Notes: a model not told the origin generated them from the sequence alone. Positions 13,634 through 27,729 are shown, counted from the first letter of the stretch. The stretch: DNA of 64,000 nucleotides from Octopus vulgaris (GCA_951406725.2 OX597825.1:19964001-20028000), one strand, 5' to 3'. Numbers and translations are program-made.

Positions 13634-14609
13634 TATACACACATATATATATATATATATATATGCAATCGAAATGGAAAATTACCCATTAAAGGTAATT
13701 CTAATCAAATAAATGGTACATATATATAATTTGAGTAAACAGAATTATGTGCAACACATTTTAGAGGACAAGCTAGAATAGAATGCATTTATGTATGCTA
13801 TTTTAGAATTGACCTACTTAGAATTGTACTACGCAGCCAAAGTATACTTAATGGTAAATATATACATCTTTTAGCAGCAATAAGTACCATAATTACTGCA
13901 TTTTTAACATTTGGCACTACAAAGATTTCACTTCTGCTGATGGTCAAGCGGGATGACTTGAAGCGGCTCCAAACACTTAATACACCGTAACACGAACAGA
14001 GGCGAATATCACATCCAGTGACCAGAGATGTCCGAAGCAAAGGACATTAGTCAGCACTACGTAATACACATTTGGTATATATCGAATCAAAATCTAGTGC
14101 AATACGAACATATACATTTTCATATTTTTGCTCAGCCATTTGCTCCATATTATATAGACATTTGTCGCTACTACATACACGATGAATTGGGCCATATGCA
14201 AAGGAACTGAATCATGAAAACAAGGGAGGCTTCTTTTGAGAAAGATTTATTCAACAGAATCGATACGAGATCTAGGAGAATATGTTTAGTGCAATCTCAG
14301 AGGATATGGTAAAGCATAACTAGATAAACATTCAATCTTCCGTTAGCACAAGAATCTAACCTATTTCTCCCACGCTACAGATCGTGCTTATGGATAATGC
14401 AAATTAATTAGTTGTCCTCATCTAGAAATTTACCTTTGCATGTGATGGGTACAGTTTAAGATGCAGCGATGCCAGAGGCTGCAAGTTTTGTCTTACTAAT
14501 GTTGACTGTCACAGATAGGTGACAGGTAAATTAAATCTCGCAGAATTTGAACTAACAGGTGAAGTGTTATCATTAAATATCACATTAACACTTTACTATT
14601 AAGTTCAAA

Positions 14610-14780
14610 TTCTGGGATTTGTAGAATTGTTAGCATGCTGGACGACATGCTTCGCGGCATTTTGTCTGTCTTTACATTCAAAGTTTAAAAACCACCGATG
14701 TCGACTTCTTCCTTTTGGGTTCGATGACATAAGGACTAGTCAAGCATCAGGGACCCCTTTGTGCCTATATTAGAAAGGAT
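14610..14780 (+). mobile_element. degenerate SINE type B
   Basis: GTTAGCATGCTGGACG...ATGCTT...GCGGCATTTTGTC...GTCGACTT. Confidence 0.55.
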
Positions 14781-16128
14781 TGTTAATTATCACGATATAA
14801 TTTTTGCTACACTCTACGGACTACGCAGTGTAATAGCTTCAATACCAATATTTTCTTTGAAGGATTATTCAATTTAACCGGTAGTCAGTATCAGATAGAG
14901 ATCGGAGAAAATTTACAAGTCTAAAATGGATGAGAAGTAGATTAAGAAATGAAAGACAAACAGAGAACATAATTATAAATGCTGATTCTACGAGACGAAA
15001 ATGCAATGTTAGTGTATATTTTCTGGTTATATATTGAAATTAATCGATGGCATAATTTCAACACTTTCCCTGACTTTTGGCTTATCTCAAAATGATAGAA
15101 AACATTAATTCTAGAATTTCTATATTTGTACAAAGCTGAAATCACTATAACTTCAATATTTTTATTGATTTTTCGAGTGATTAACATGAATTTTGTTTTT
15201 ATCTTCCTCTTGAATAAATTAATTGATTATTTTTTTTTTCAACAACGTCGTCTTAGATTGATAGCTAGCAGTCAATAAAACAAGCGTATTCATAACAATG
15301 ACATCTCTGTAGAGGTCAATTTAGTTTAGTGAACGGAATCATGTGAATTAATTTCTCACGTACAGAGCAAAAACAGTCCCCAGTGTGAAGTAATTATTTG
15401 TAATATTTGAAAGCAATTAAAGTTTGCATTGCCATGATTGTTGTGCAGTTCTTCCCGGTGAGACATCACTTCAGAATATAGATTTCTACTCCAGAATGAA
15501 GCCATTTCCCTACATCAAGCATAGTTCTGAACGCTGCTGAGAAATACATTAACGTCTGAGTTACCCTCGCTTCAATTCTACATTTTATTAACTTTAATAC
15601 CAAAATAGTGTAAACACTGGCATTGATATATAAGATGTGGGTTCAAGTCGCACAAACAACCCTCGATCTTTCTGTTCAAATGTTTTTTTTATTTATAGCC
15701 TTATTTGCTTCAAGCTAAACTGCCCCAGAAACATAATAATACTTAATGCTTGAAAGAATAACATTCCTAAAATGTAAACAAAGGTTATAAGGCGAACACT
15801 AGAGCGACTGTCATGTTTGCTGCAGACATTGGTTTCGAGATCCAGGGGCAGATTTTATCTTTTCAAGCCAAAGGGATTTTTATTTCAATATTACACGCTA
15901 TTGTGTATAGCTTTATCTAATAGGAGTGAAAGCGTTCCAAAATAGAACAACTGTATTACACTCCGTTTTCAGTATTTTTCATACAACATATGCAAAGTTT
16001 TCTGCTACATTTCTTGTTTCTTTAATTGATTTTATTGCATACTTAACAGCAATCGTGCAGAATTCAGCATATTTTCACATCCAACGCAACTGGAGTTCAC
16101 TTATACATCCTTGTGTTGTCACTTTTAT

Positions 16129-16187
<59 letters not shown>

Positions 16188-16505
16188 TAATAATGGCTAT
16201 CATTATTATTATTGAGTGAGAGAGCATTGCAAGCTATCAAAGTGACAATGGGGCAAAATATACGAATCCCAGTATACCCATCATGACTATCAGTCTAATA
16301 GGACTACAACAGGCACATGCATCACAACCATATATGCGGGAAATGGTGATCTCATATCAAGATAAACAGCGCATGCCCTCGCAGATTATTTCAGATATTC
16401 CTATTTTAAAAATCCTCTCCTGCTAATCCTTGAGAGGACATTGGTGTTGCCTTGGCGAAGGTTTGTGCTCTCTGTGTGCTGTTGTTATCATTATTATTGT
16501 TATAA

Positions 16506-16785
16506 TATGAAAACTCACAGCTTATTTTGCTCGGTATGATTCAAAGTGTCAGTTTTCCACAGCCAGCAGTCTAAGGTGACATATTTGTTTACTGATCATA
16601 CTTCAAGAACCCTGCGAAACATTTGTGCTGTTCGAAGCATTGCTGATTTTTGTAGATGTTCAACATTCACACTTGCACCGATCTTTTTCAGCTATGTTGG
16701 TAGCTGTGAGCTGATACTCCCATGTGCACCAATTACTATTTGTATCACGTCTACTCTCTTCATTGACCAGAATCTTCAGGTTTCC
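16506..16785 (-). mobile_element. Dong/R4-type 3' end, third subfamily
   Basis: Minus-strand translation VIGAHG...LKKIGASVNVEHLQKSAMLRTAQMFRRVLEV-stop matches the LQK.A.LGTA.I.RR.L C-terminal motif seen in the 39604-39909 ORF. Confidence 0.75.
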
Positions 16786-16811
16786 CACTATTATTATTAC
16801 CATTATTATAT

Positions 16812-17310
16812 GAAGGCGGTGAGCTGGCAGAATCGTTATCTCGCTGGACGAAATGCTTAGCGGTATTTCGCCCGTCGCTACGTTCTGAGTTCAAATTACA
16901 CCGAAGTCGATTTTGCCTTTCATTCTTTCGGGGTCGTTAAAATTAGTACCAACTGAGTACTGGGGGGGTCAATGAAATCGACTAGCCCTCTCCCCCAAAT
17001 TCAGACCTTGTGCCAATCGAAGAAAGGGTTAATCTCCCACTCTGCAAAAATACTGGCCGTGCAACAATTTCAGAATCTCTTTCAAAGACAGCGAACTGCG
17101 AGGATCGTTGGAGTATCGCGAAAACTACCTTGTGACATTTGCTACGGTTCTCTCTACGTTCTGAGTTCAAATCCTGACGAGATCAACTTCGAATCTATGC
17201 AATTTAAAGTATGATAAACTAAAATAGAAATTAAGTACTGAATTCAATGTCACTGACTAAAACAACTCCCTCAAAATTGCTGACCTGTATCTAAATTAGA
17301 AACTATCATA
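16812..17310 (+). mobile_element. two tandem SINE type B copies (16812-17030 and degenerate 17085-17310)
   Basis: GAAGGCGGTGAGCTGGCAGAATCGTTA...GTTCTGAGTTCAAAT...GCCTTTCATTCTTTCGGGGTCG; the second copy keeps TACGTTCTGAGTTCAAATCC. Confidence 0.75.
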
Positions 17311-17773
17311 ATAGAAGAAAGAGAAGGAGATAGAAGAGTAATACCACCGTTCTTTTCATCAATATTGTTTTATTGATAAGAAAGAATCAGAAATATTTAG
17401 TTGTCAGATAGCTTTTAATAACAAAATCGTTCAGAAAAGTGATATAACTGATAATTACAGATAGTCATAAATACTATTTCCCGCCCTCTAAATGAGAGCT
17501 AATTGTCAATAAAGCATAATTCTTCTAAACACATCTCTCCTCCGTTGATGACTTACACGTGTACACACTGGCATATATTTCTTTGTGTATAAGTATTTTG
17601 AGTAAGTCACATCTTAACCGTGTAACATGATGCACATGACCCATGACGCCGCAGTATCTACGATATACATCATATTTTAAGTGTATACGTTAAGCGTTCG
17701 AATATGAGAAATGTCAGTGTATAAGACATTGATGTATCTCTGTATGAGTACAAATCTTGCATATATATTTACC

Positions 17774-17991
17774 TATTTCTATACTACACACAAGGGGCTA
17801 AACACAGAGAGGACAGACAAACGGATCAAGTCGATTATATCGACATCACTGCGTAACTGGTACTTATTTAATCGACCCCGAAAGGATGAAAGGCAAAGTC
17901 GACCTCGGTGGAATTTGAACTCATAACATTGCGGCAGACGAAATACCGCTAAGCATCTCGCTCGTCGTGCTAACGTTTCTGCCAGCTCACC
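17774..17991 (-). mobile_element. SINE type B inserted into a PLE endonuclease region
   Basis: Matches the other type B copies; flanked by a ~20 bp duplication TAC(A/T)AATCTTGCATATA at ~17749 and ~17996. Confidence 0.9.
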
Positions 17992-17995
17992 AACC

Positions 17996-18345
17996 TACTA
18001 ATCTTGCATATAAATGTATCGTGCTCACAAGGGGAGGGCCGTATGTTTACATTGGGCAGACGGCTTATTCATTTAAGCATCGTTATGGTAAACATGTCGC
18101 CAACTTTAAGACATTCAATGAGAGACATTCAACATCTTTGGCCGGTTTTGTATGGCGACGGAAGGTCGATAATATTAAGTACAGGAGAACTTAGTCCATA
18201 GTAAAGCACGCGAAACCATACAATATAATTTCCATGAGATGCCGTCTCTGCTCCGGGGAATTGCTCTCTATACTGTGGACTACACGCATATAAATGTACT
18301 TTCGCATAATACACTGGGGATGAATTTTGATTAACTGCTAACATA
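17996..18345 (+). mobile_element. Penelope-like element GIY-YIG endonuclease remnant
   Basis: NLAYKC...VYIGQTAYSFKHRYGKH..NF.....HSTSLAGFVW, followed by AKPY and CRLC. Continues upstream of the SINE insertion (CMSTNLAY). Confidence 0.85.
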
Positions 18346-18849
18346 ATTTACTTTAAGGTGTGGCTGAACTATGTAGAAAGAAAATTAGCAGGTCGGGGCA
18401 AATATCATCATTCACATATAAGATCAAAAATAAATTCACAGATGGAAAAAAGAAACGAACACGCAAATCAACGAGAAAAGTATTTAAAAAAACCGTTAAC
18501 AAATTAACAAATGTAGATATGTATAAACGCCCTCGCCCAAGCGTGTTCACAAGCATCCGCGAAAATGTGAGCATACGCACACTTGAGGTTTGGTGTATCC
18601 GCGATCACAAAGAGAGTGAAATATCTACTTGGTGTTTGTAAGAATGGAGACGTGAAAAGTGAACTTAGTTCATCCAGACCTTAAAGTAAATTATGTTAAC
18701 TGTTACTCATAATTCAATCCCACTGGATGGTGGGGAAGTACATTTATACGCGTGTAGGCATCTCGAGAGTCTTTCAGAAATTCTATTAAGGATCTTCTCA
18801 TTATTCCACACACACACACACACACACACACTCACGCACACTTACACAC

Positions 18850-18885
18850 TTAGACATACATATACATATATATATATATATACAC

Positions 18886-18952
<67 letters not shown>

Positions 18953-18967
18953 TATATACATATATAT

Positions 18968-19048
<81 letters not shown>
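18850..19048. repeat. (TA)n microsatellite (one of many; similar tracts at 22737-22925, 26990-27130, 33615-33830, 34700-34950, 45095-45390, 50379-50450)
   Basis: Direct inspection; source of the YIYI ORFs. Confidence 0.97.
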
Positions 19049-19051
<3 letters not shown>

Positions 19052-19084
19052 AAATATAACGTGTGACAATTATTCGGTAGCCAT

Positions 19085-19145
19085 GATAAAACTCCGAGTT
19101 TCGGATGTCGGGGCGGAAAGCCACGCCGGCACCTCCTCAATTATC
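19085..19145 (-). ncRNA. type I hammerhead ribozyme-like motif
   Basis: Minus strand GATAA-TTGAGGA-[GGTGCCGG...CCGACATCC stem II]-GAAAC-TCGGA-GTT-TTATC. Stem I GATAA/TTATC; C3 changed to U. Confidence 0.65.
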
Positions 19146-19324
19146 GGTCCATCGAAAAAACTGCTATGAAAATGACCGTTAAAACAAGAGGGAAATTTCT
19201 GTGTGATTAACCGTTATTAAGACAAATGACCTATTAGAATGACCGCTAAGTGAGAGACCGGATTAGACCGGATATAGGGCGAAGAATTGGCTTCTTCGCG
19301 GCCACTATGCATTGAACTCTGTTC

Positions 19325-19640
19325 AATCGTGAGTTTCTCGCCCTTGTAATTGCTTCCGCACTCGCTCCAGTCGTTCGATTTGGCATCTGCGGACTTCCAT
19401 CTCTTCCCCAAGATGGAAAGGCTGCTCAAAAGACGCCGTTTTAACACAGTTGTCGAGATCAAGCCTGAATCGCTGAAAGTCCTTGACTCGCATACGGAAA
19501 TCGACTGCCAACTGGATTCTAAAAGTGGCAGGAACGCTGGGATTAGTGTTTACCTGCAAACAAAATAATGCTAAAACAGGTACGTAATTTATTTTCTATT
19601 AAACATAACTATTTCGGTAACCTTTTGATACTACCGCGTA
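19325..19640 (+). mobile_element. mariner transposase C-terminal remnant with right TIR
   Basis: LPHSLQSFDLASADFHLFPKMERLLKRRRF resembles mariner HPPYSPDLAPxDFHLFPK; ends CTTTTGATACTACCGCG-TA. Confidence 0.85.
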
Positions 19641-20604
19641 CATACATCAACATACAATTTAAAGTGCACACACGTATACACACGTAAACCTATTTACAAA
19701 TATACAAACACGTTCACACACAGACACACGTACACACACACACACACACGCACGCACACATATATCTATATATACGGGTGTATGTACATTTATACAAGCA
19801 CATATATACCAGCATTCTTTAAATTCTTCTAAACATCGAAAAAACAAACCCTCACTATTAATTTGTTGTTCTTAGTTCCCCAAAAGTATATCCATGAGTT
19901 AAACGTCATTCAAATATTTGTATGTAATATTATTTCGTTGATATGGTAGTATCTCTGCTTTTCACATTCAGGAAACAATAGATTTGTTATTCTCTCTATC
20001 GTATTTAATGTTTGCCTTCAGAATTGTTTTTCAATTACGATGCGTTTACACAATCAGTGATCTATGTTTCTTTCCGAAGTCTTTTACATTTATTATTTCA
20101 TCTCTTTATCTATGTGAGCGTTTTACCGAATATCGCCATGTTATTTCTCCCTTATACGCTATTATTTCTATAACGTATGAGTTTATGTTTACCTTAAGAT
20201 AAATATTTCAGAATCATTCGACATTTGTATTTTGTTTAAATCAACTGGATGTTTACATTAAAACTAAAGCCAGTATATTTGTGTCGTTCTGGTGAATCAT
20301 TTCTCTCTATTTTCTCATTGATAGCGACGTTTAATATTTGATCCCATGTTAGCTTTAAATAAAACATCAATAGCATTCCCGTTGATAATTCGTAACAGTT
20401 GTGATGTTTTTCCGATCTTCACATTATATAATTGTAGGAAATATTTGGAAATTTTAAAGCTGCAAAATATACGAGTAAAGAAAGAATAATTCGTATAAGA
20501 ATTACCTAAAGATTTTGTGTACGAATAACAGACATCAGAGTATGAATGTTTGGTTTACAATAATGCTATGAAATAGCAGCAATTTCAGGATTAAAAAAAA
20601 TATA

Positions 20605-20837
20605 TATTTCTTTACTACCCACAAGGGGCTAAACATGGAGAGGACAAACAAGGACAGACAAAGGGATTAAGTCGATTACATCGACCCCAGTGCGAAATTG
20701 GTACTTTATTTATCGACCCCGAAAGGATGAAAGGCAAAGTCGACCTCTGTGGAATTTTGAACTCAGAACGTAACGACAGAGGAAATACCGCTAAGTATTT
20801 CGCCCGGCGCGCAAACGTTTCTGCCAGCTCGCCGCTT
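20605..20837 (-). mobile_element. SINE type B, full length
   Basis: Complete head, Meta-like domain and tail ...TAGCCCCTTGTGGGTAGTAAAGAAAT; TSD-like ATTTCA.GAT.AAAAA on both flanks. Confidence 0.9.
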
Positions 20838-21385
20838 TATTTCACGATAAAAATATATATAAGCATATAAAAATTTCCACGTAGGAATCACAAGAAACTT
20901 GCTAGCCCAATAGTAAGGTCGCTGTTAATAAGATTCTGCGAAAAGTTTCAAAGGAATTATGTTGCCAATCGTTATGCAGTTTCACGTGAGAGAGCGGTAA
21001 GTCGAGACATACAACGCAAAACATTTAGTAAGACGCTTATTCAATGCCTTCGAAAATCTGCAAGGTTCGTTCAAAAATACCCAACTGTAGTTTCCCCCAC
21101 CAACACTAGTGCAGAGTGGGAGATAACCACCTACGTTATACCCTCAGAGCCGACAGGTGACCACCACAAGAGGGAGATGACCCTCCCCCCATATTTATAT
21201 CCGGTTCGTTTCCCTCTCCATACTTAAAAAAAAGCCATAGGCCAACAAGTCTTTGGATCTGATGATACGCCATAAAGATGCTCTTTAAGGTGAGAAACCC
21301 AGGGCAACACTATAAACAGGCCTTCACCAGTAATACGCACACATATAAATACATAATTATATATATACATATATATACGCATTCA

Positions 21386-21597
21386 CAGGATGGCCCAAAA
21401 GTAGGTTTGAAATTATTAAATTATCTCTTTCGCATTCATATATTAATAGATTAGATCTTAATTATTAAAAAATATGAATCCATTATTCTATGCAAATTTA
21501 CTTAATTGTATGATAGAAATTGAAATGTCATAAACTGTTTTAAAAGAAATTTAAAGTCCCTACGTAATAACTGTAAACCTATTTTTCGGCCACTCTG
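21386..21597. mobile_element. Tc1/mariner-type MITE
   Basis: Imperfect TIRs CAGGATGGCCCAAAAGTAGGTTT / AAACCTATTTTTCGGCCACTCTG, TA at the right end, AT-rich non-coding interior. Confidence 0.75.
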
Positions 21598-21618
21598 TAT
21601 ATATCGCATCTATGTGTA

Positions 21619-22010
21619 GGTGCAGGATTGACAGTGTGAGAAGATGCTTGCCTCCCAACTACATGGTTCTCGGTTCAGTCCTACTACGTGTCACCTTGGG
21701 AAAGTGTCTCCTATTATAGCCATGAGGTTTGTGAGTGAATTTGGTAGTTGGAGACTGAAAGAAGCCCGTCTTATATGTGTGTGTGTGTGTGTGTGGTGGG
21801 ATACGTGTGTTTGTCACTTCCGTCACCGCTTGACAATCGGTTTTGATGTGTTTACATTCCCATAACATAGTGGTTGGATAAAAGAGATCGATAGAATAAT
21901 AACCAGACTTAGAAAGAAAGACAAGTACAGCGGCCGATTCATTCGACAAAAAAACTTTTTCAAGGCGGTGCCCCAGCTTGGCCGCCGTCTAATGACTCAA
22001 ACAAGCAAAT
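21619..22010 (+). mobile_element. CORE-SINE type C, diverged full-length copy
   Basis: Colinear with 50695-51103, including CACCTTGGGAAAGTGTCT (CORE) and the internal TG tract. Confidence 0.85.
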
Positions 22011-22029
22011 ATTATATTATAATACATTG

Positions 22030-22737
22030 CCAAGACTAAAAGACTTAAATTATTATTTTGAATTTAAGAGTGAAAGAAATATCTAATTACAGGATTTTTA
22101 AACACCACTTAGGAATTTCTGGAGCTGCGGGAAGCATGGATTTACGCCTTAATTACCTTTATTACTCGGGTCAATCCCGTAAGGTTCCCATTTATGGATT
22201 AAATAGATTTTCAGGAGTAGATAAAGATACCATTACTTTTGACGAAGCGGTGAGGAAAACAGGTATTCTAGGTGAAAGATACTCTGATATTAAACTTGTT
22301 GTTCAAATAGCACATACATACTAACATACATACAGCATACATAAATATATATACATACATCATCCACACCATCATCTATACACCTACACATTCATACGTC
22401 AAGGTCACCAGCTCTCTTCCACACGCACATACATGCTTTCTTATACATACGCACGCGCACCTTTGTTTTGGGATCACCCCTACTTTATTATCCCCCCTTC
22501 TTCCTAGCTCTCCTGTGTGACCCCTCTGTTCGGCATTCGCCATGATAGATCGCTAGCCACTACACATTCTTTATTTTCTCTCACTGTTTCTTTCTGGGTT
22601 CGTTTCTGTGGAAGAGCGTAGGCTCGAAACGTTAAAGACATTTTCACTTCCCGAGCGTTAAACTAATACCTCTGTTTGTTGTATACACCAGCTGCCTTCA
22701 ACTTTTGTTTTTTCTTTCTTTTTGCGAATTTCCCCTA
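22030..22737 (+). mobile_element. Penelope-like element 3' end / pseudo-LTR with hammerhead-like motif
   Basis: REAWIYALIT and PIYGLNR resemble the GIY-YIG C-terminus (E..WI..L.T..P.GLN). Motif CTGTGGA-A-GAGC-GTAG-GCTC-GAAAC-GTT-AAAG at ~22603-22638; ends at (TA)n. Confidence 0.6.
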
Positions 22738-22760
22738 TATACATACATACAAATATATAC

Positions 22761-22902
<142 letters not shown>

Positions 22903-24196
22903 GTGTATATATATACATATATTGTTATACACATGCATACATATATATCTATACATACATACACATACACACACAGATATATATATATATTTGTGTGTGT
23001 GTGTATGTGTGTATGTTGGTGTGCGTGTGTATACACATATGTCATGCACTTTCTAATAATTACGAAACATCGCATTAATATAAACCCCCATCCTACATAT
23101 ATATTGAGAATTTAAATTCTATAAAATTTCGTTATTCTCTTATTTTACCGGTTCCATTACAGTGAATAGCTCGACCTATTTACACAGCAGATTAAATAAT
23201 CGATAATCGAAGAAATTAAAATTCATGTATGACCCCTCTACGCATGAAAACATTAAGAAATATTTTTAGACATCAATATGAATGTTGAAGTTTCATTTTA
23301 TTCTTTCGCATTTACTCAATATTATATAAATATTGATATAACCAACCATTAAATATGTACCAGTGAAAATAGAATATATATCTTTTTTGAAAATATTATT
23401 GTTGCATAACTAATATTGTCTATATCTACGTCTATTTGTCTGTTCCTACTATGATCTATTTGTACAGACTAAAAGAGAAACTAGACATAAAATTATCGAA
23501 AATTACCTACAATTAACGAAAATTACAATTTACAAATATAGCTTAGAAGTAATATCAAAAGAGTAATCTCGTTCGTCGGTCTACATAAAAAATTTGGGGC
23601 ATTATACTCGTATGCTTTCATTAATTATAATCATATCGCCATTCAAAATTCTGCAGAGCGTTTATGTTGAAGAGTTAATGTAAAACGAATGAAAACTATG
23701 ACATAGAAGATAAAGCAAGCATAGATGATAATAACGGTGAGGAGGAGAAGAAGGAGGTAAAGAGAAACGAAGACGTCATAATATTGATATCACTAGTAAT
23801 ATAGAAATAATGATAAAATAACAATACATGTATAATTGCAAAGCAATTCGATGCTTCCGCTGAGAAAGATATTATAAAATGCCATAAACACATATGCAGA
23901 CACACAGACTCCGAAACACTTAGACACCTGCATGTATGTGATTATATGTGCAACCACATATAGATATATATGTATGAGTGTGCTTGTATAAGTGTACGTA
24001 TACATAGGCATTTGTACTGATAGGCATATAAGTATATATATGTGCATGTGTGTGGCATATTATATGGATTATCTGGATAATAAACTCATAACGTACACTC
24101 AAAGCTCCTATGCTGTTATCTGCTACCATATGCTAACATGCAGCAGGGTTATTCCTTAAGCTGGGTAAACATGTGCAAGTCCGTTAGTGTATAGAA

Positions 24197-24587
24197 TCTT
24201 TATATATAAAAGTGAAGTTGTGTGTCTGTCTCCTACGATTTAGATTCCTAACCATTTTGCGGTGCACTTTAACCAAAACCGGGTATCTTATAGTCGTGAT
24301 TCATATCGAGACCTTCTGGGTATTAGCGCGCGTCTACGATGAGTCTACGATTTAAAATAAAATTTACCATCATTTTTTTCCATTTTAATGCATTTTTCTC
24401 GCTATTATATAAAGGAAATAACTCTCTAAAAATGTCTACGATGAGTCAACGATTTAAAAAAAAAATTACCATCATTTCTTTTCCATTTTTAATTCATTTT
24501 TTTGCTATTTTTTGGCTATAACTCTCTAAAAATGCTTATATAGTTATTTCCCTTACAAACCCGAGCAACGCCGGGCGATACTGCTAG
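24197..24587 (+). mobile_element. non-autonomous Helitron (391 bp)
   Basis: Starts TC after A, ends CTAG before T, subterminal hairpin CCCGAGCAACGCCGGG at 24560-24575, no TSD, internal tandem duplication. Confidence 0.85.
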
Positions 24588-25158
24588 TTTATATATAAAA
24601 ATTCATACATCAAGAAGTGGGAATAAACAGGCTCTAATTAATAATTTCAACATCTATTTGCTGAGTTTTCATTCTTACTGAGTTTTCATTCGTATCCTAC
24701 AAGATTAAACAATTTTATAAATAATTGCATAACTAAATATGATCCAGCAACAGTTGTGCGCTGTCACTTCATCAGTAGATTGCTTTAAAAGCACTGCTGG
24801 ATCATGATTTGGTCTCCCCATTTTTATATGATTTGCATAATTAAATTTCTCTCTTTACCGCGTAGTTCATACATTCAAGGTGACATAAGTTACAAATACC
24901 AAAAAGGCGTATTTGTAGCCGAAGTATATATATATATATATATACATATATGTAATAAAAAAATATATATATATGTATATATGTATATATGTACTAAATA
25001 TATATATATATATATATAGCAGCAAAATTAAGGAACGGCCATTTTGCTGTTGAATTGATTAATAGTCTCTGACTATTTACTTTTTTCCCACTAGGCCGCT
25101 GGTGGCAAATAATTTCTGCTGAATTTTTTGCCACCCTATATTGATTAATATATATATA

Positions 25159-25200
<42 letters not shown>

Positions 25201-26439
25201 CATTTCTGAATATGTACTCAATTATATTGCTTTTATTATATCTAATGTGTGCAGTAGATAACTTATCATTGGGTTATCCAACGGCTATATCGTAGCCAAA
25301 CTGTGGTCTCCAAATGTTCACGTTATACAGGGGATATTAGGTAACATAATATATACATCGTCGATTGGGAAATGAGTGTGGCTCTCTAGAAGCGTTCTAC
25401 AGATCCAAGCATCGGTAATCGCATAAATACACGCAAGTACAGATACAGGAATAAGCATGCATACATGTCAAATCGTAGCCGATCTCTGACCTAGCAAAGT
25501 ACGTACATTTTGTATATGTATTCTATAATTTATATTATAGTTGCGCCGCTTTTAATTCATGCTTGATTATATTTCTCCGCATACCTCGTTCTGGCATACC
25601 AACAAATAGTTTTTAACACCATTTTACATATAGTAATGGACAAGCTATTCAATTTTCTGCTTTTTCGGTTCACATACGTGATGTTCATAAGCCAAAAATA
25701 TGGCGAAACATCGATATCTATCGCTTCTGAATGGGAATTGTAGTGAGTTGCATAGCATGTCAATGACTATAACTCAGAGGTGTTTTAAAACCAAGCGCTT
25801 TGAGATGGTCACTTCTACTATGTAGAATCGCAGCCGACTGGCGATCTCACATATGACATATGTTGCATATGTGTGTTCTAAAATGTTCTCAACATTCGCG
25901 TTGCTTCTAAAACATATATTTTAAGTGTGTGCGTGGGCGGATATGCGTGGGCGTGCGTGTGTGTGTGTGTGTGTGTAACAAAACTGGAACTTGGAGAACT
26001 TCTTGAAATTATTTATTCATCATTACGCATGTTTAATTTGTTGATAGGAACTGCAGACATTTTCATGTTAGATAAATATCTGATAGATCTCCTGTTAGAC
26101 ATTCTTCAGACGGAAAATCGAATGCTATTATAAAACATACTATATTATTCGATTATCTCTCTGAAGAATTTCTAATACGAAACCTCTTAGATGTTTCCGT
26201 CTCACGAAAAACTTTACAATTCCTATTGGCAAATGAAACGTTTGTAAATTTGAATAAATTATGTGACAAAATTTTCCAACTTTCAATTTTGTTACAGAAA
26301 AACTGTGTAAAGACTATTTCCAGTTTTTTTCAATTCTATTACGTACCTTATATCAATACAATAACGACAGTAACTATATACTGGTATGCTATAATGAAAG
26401 AATCATATACACACTAACACACACACACCACACACATAC

Positions 26440-26555
<116 letters not shown>

Positions 26556-26599
26556 AACAAGTTAAAAATATTGGTCATTACACATAAGGAATACAGGAA

Positions 26600-26990
26600 T
26601 TATATGTGATAACCATCATTTTTAATCTGCTTCTGTAAAAATCAGATTATTTGAAGCCAATCCAGGGATGAACGATATAGAATTGTGATAAGTCATAACT
26701 TGGGACCCTACATACATATATATACATTTACACATTGTCCCGAAACAGATCAAAAAGGTAAAGGATCCCATTACCATTAAAGGGAATCGGGACAAATTTC
26801 TTCAAGGAATACCAGATAAGCCACCTATACCTGAATACAACTTACTCAGCAAGAACTCCCTCCTCGAATGGACCACGATACTACAAAACATGACTTTAAA
26901 AGGATTTAGATAATCCTGTCACCTGGTGCTATTAAATTAGACATGCCCTGAACCAATCTTTCGTCGGAGCACATCTAAATTTGTCTAAGC
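26600..26990 (+). mobile_element. CR1-type LINE 3' remnant
   Basis: IVPKQIKKVKDPITIKGNRDKFLQGIPDKPPIPEY...NSLLEW resembles the LD.FL..IPD.P...NSL terminus of CR1-group ORF2. Confidence 0.65.
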
Positions 26991-27041
<51 letters not shown>

Positions 27042-27045
27042 TATA

Positions 27046-27099
<54 letters not shown>

Positions 27100-27729
27100 T
27101 ATATGCATATATATATACATATATATATACATGCTTACTATGTCCGTTGATTATTTTTAATTTAATCCCTCGGTTATTTAATGCTATTTTTGGCCTGCTA
27201 CCGCCTGTGTCATTGATTCTGTTATTATCATTTAAAAGAAAGTTACGTTGGATAATGATAAAATTAATTACACCTTCTTAAATTAATTTATTGTGAATTA
27301 TTTTTCTCGTAAATTGTATCGAAATTATTTTACACTGGTGGCTGCTGTCATTACTGCGCAAAACGAATCAGTTGCAGCACAGATTTGAAAACTATGGGTT
27401 GGGAATATCTAATCATGGTAACGTGTTCTGTGGAAGCTAAAGCTTATTTTAAAAGTGCAGAAACGGGTCCACGTGAGTCCAGAAGCTTAAATGTATGTTA
27501 GTAGATTGTCTTATCCTGATTTTGCCTTCGCTTGATTTCTGTAATTATCATCAGTGTATTTTTAGCGATAAAATAAGAGACTTGACTGTTATTTCAACCA
27601 CGTAGACATACTTACTGTCTCCTTTGATTAATTATATATATATTTGTAAATATATATATATATATATATAATAAAATCTAAAATAAAATACCTGTACATC
27701 ACCTCCAAACCTTCTCTTATATATATATA

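Noticed and set aside
21255-21312. CTGATGA...TAAAGA/TCTTTA...GAAAC hammerhead-like motif
   Set aside because: Stem II is plausible but there is no NUH triplet or convincing stem I; at best a decayed copy, so not listed as a feature.
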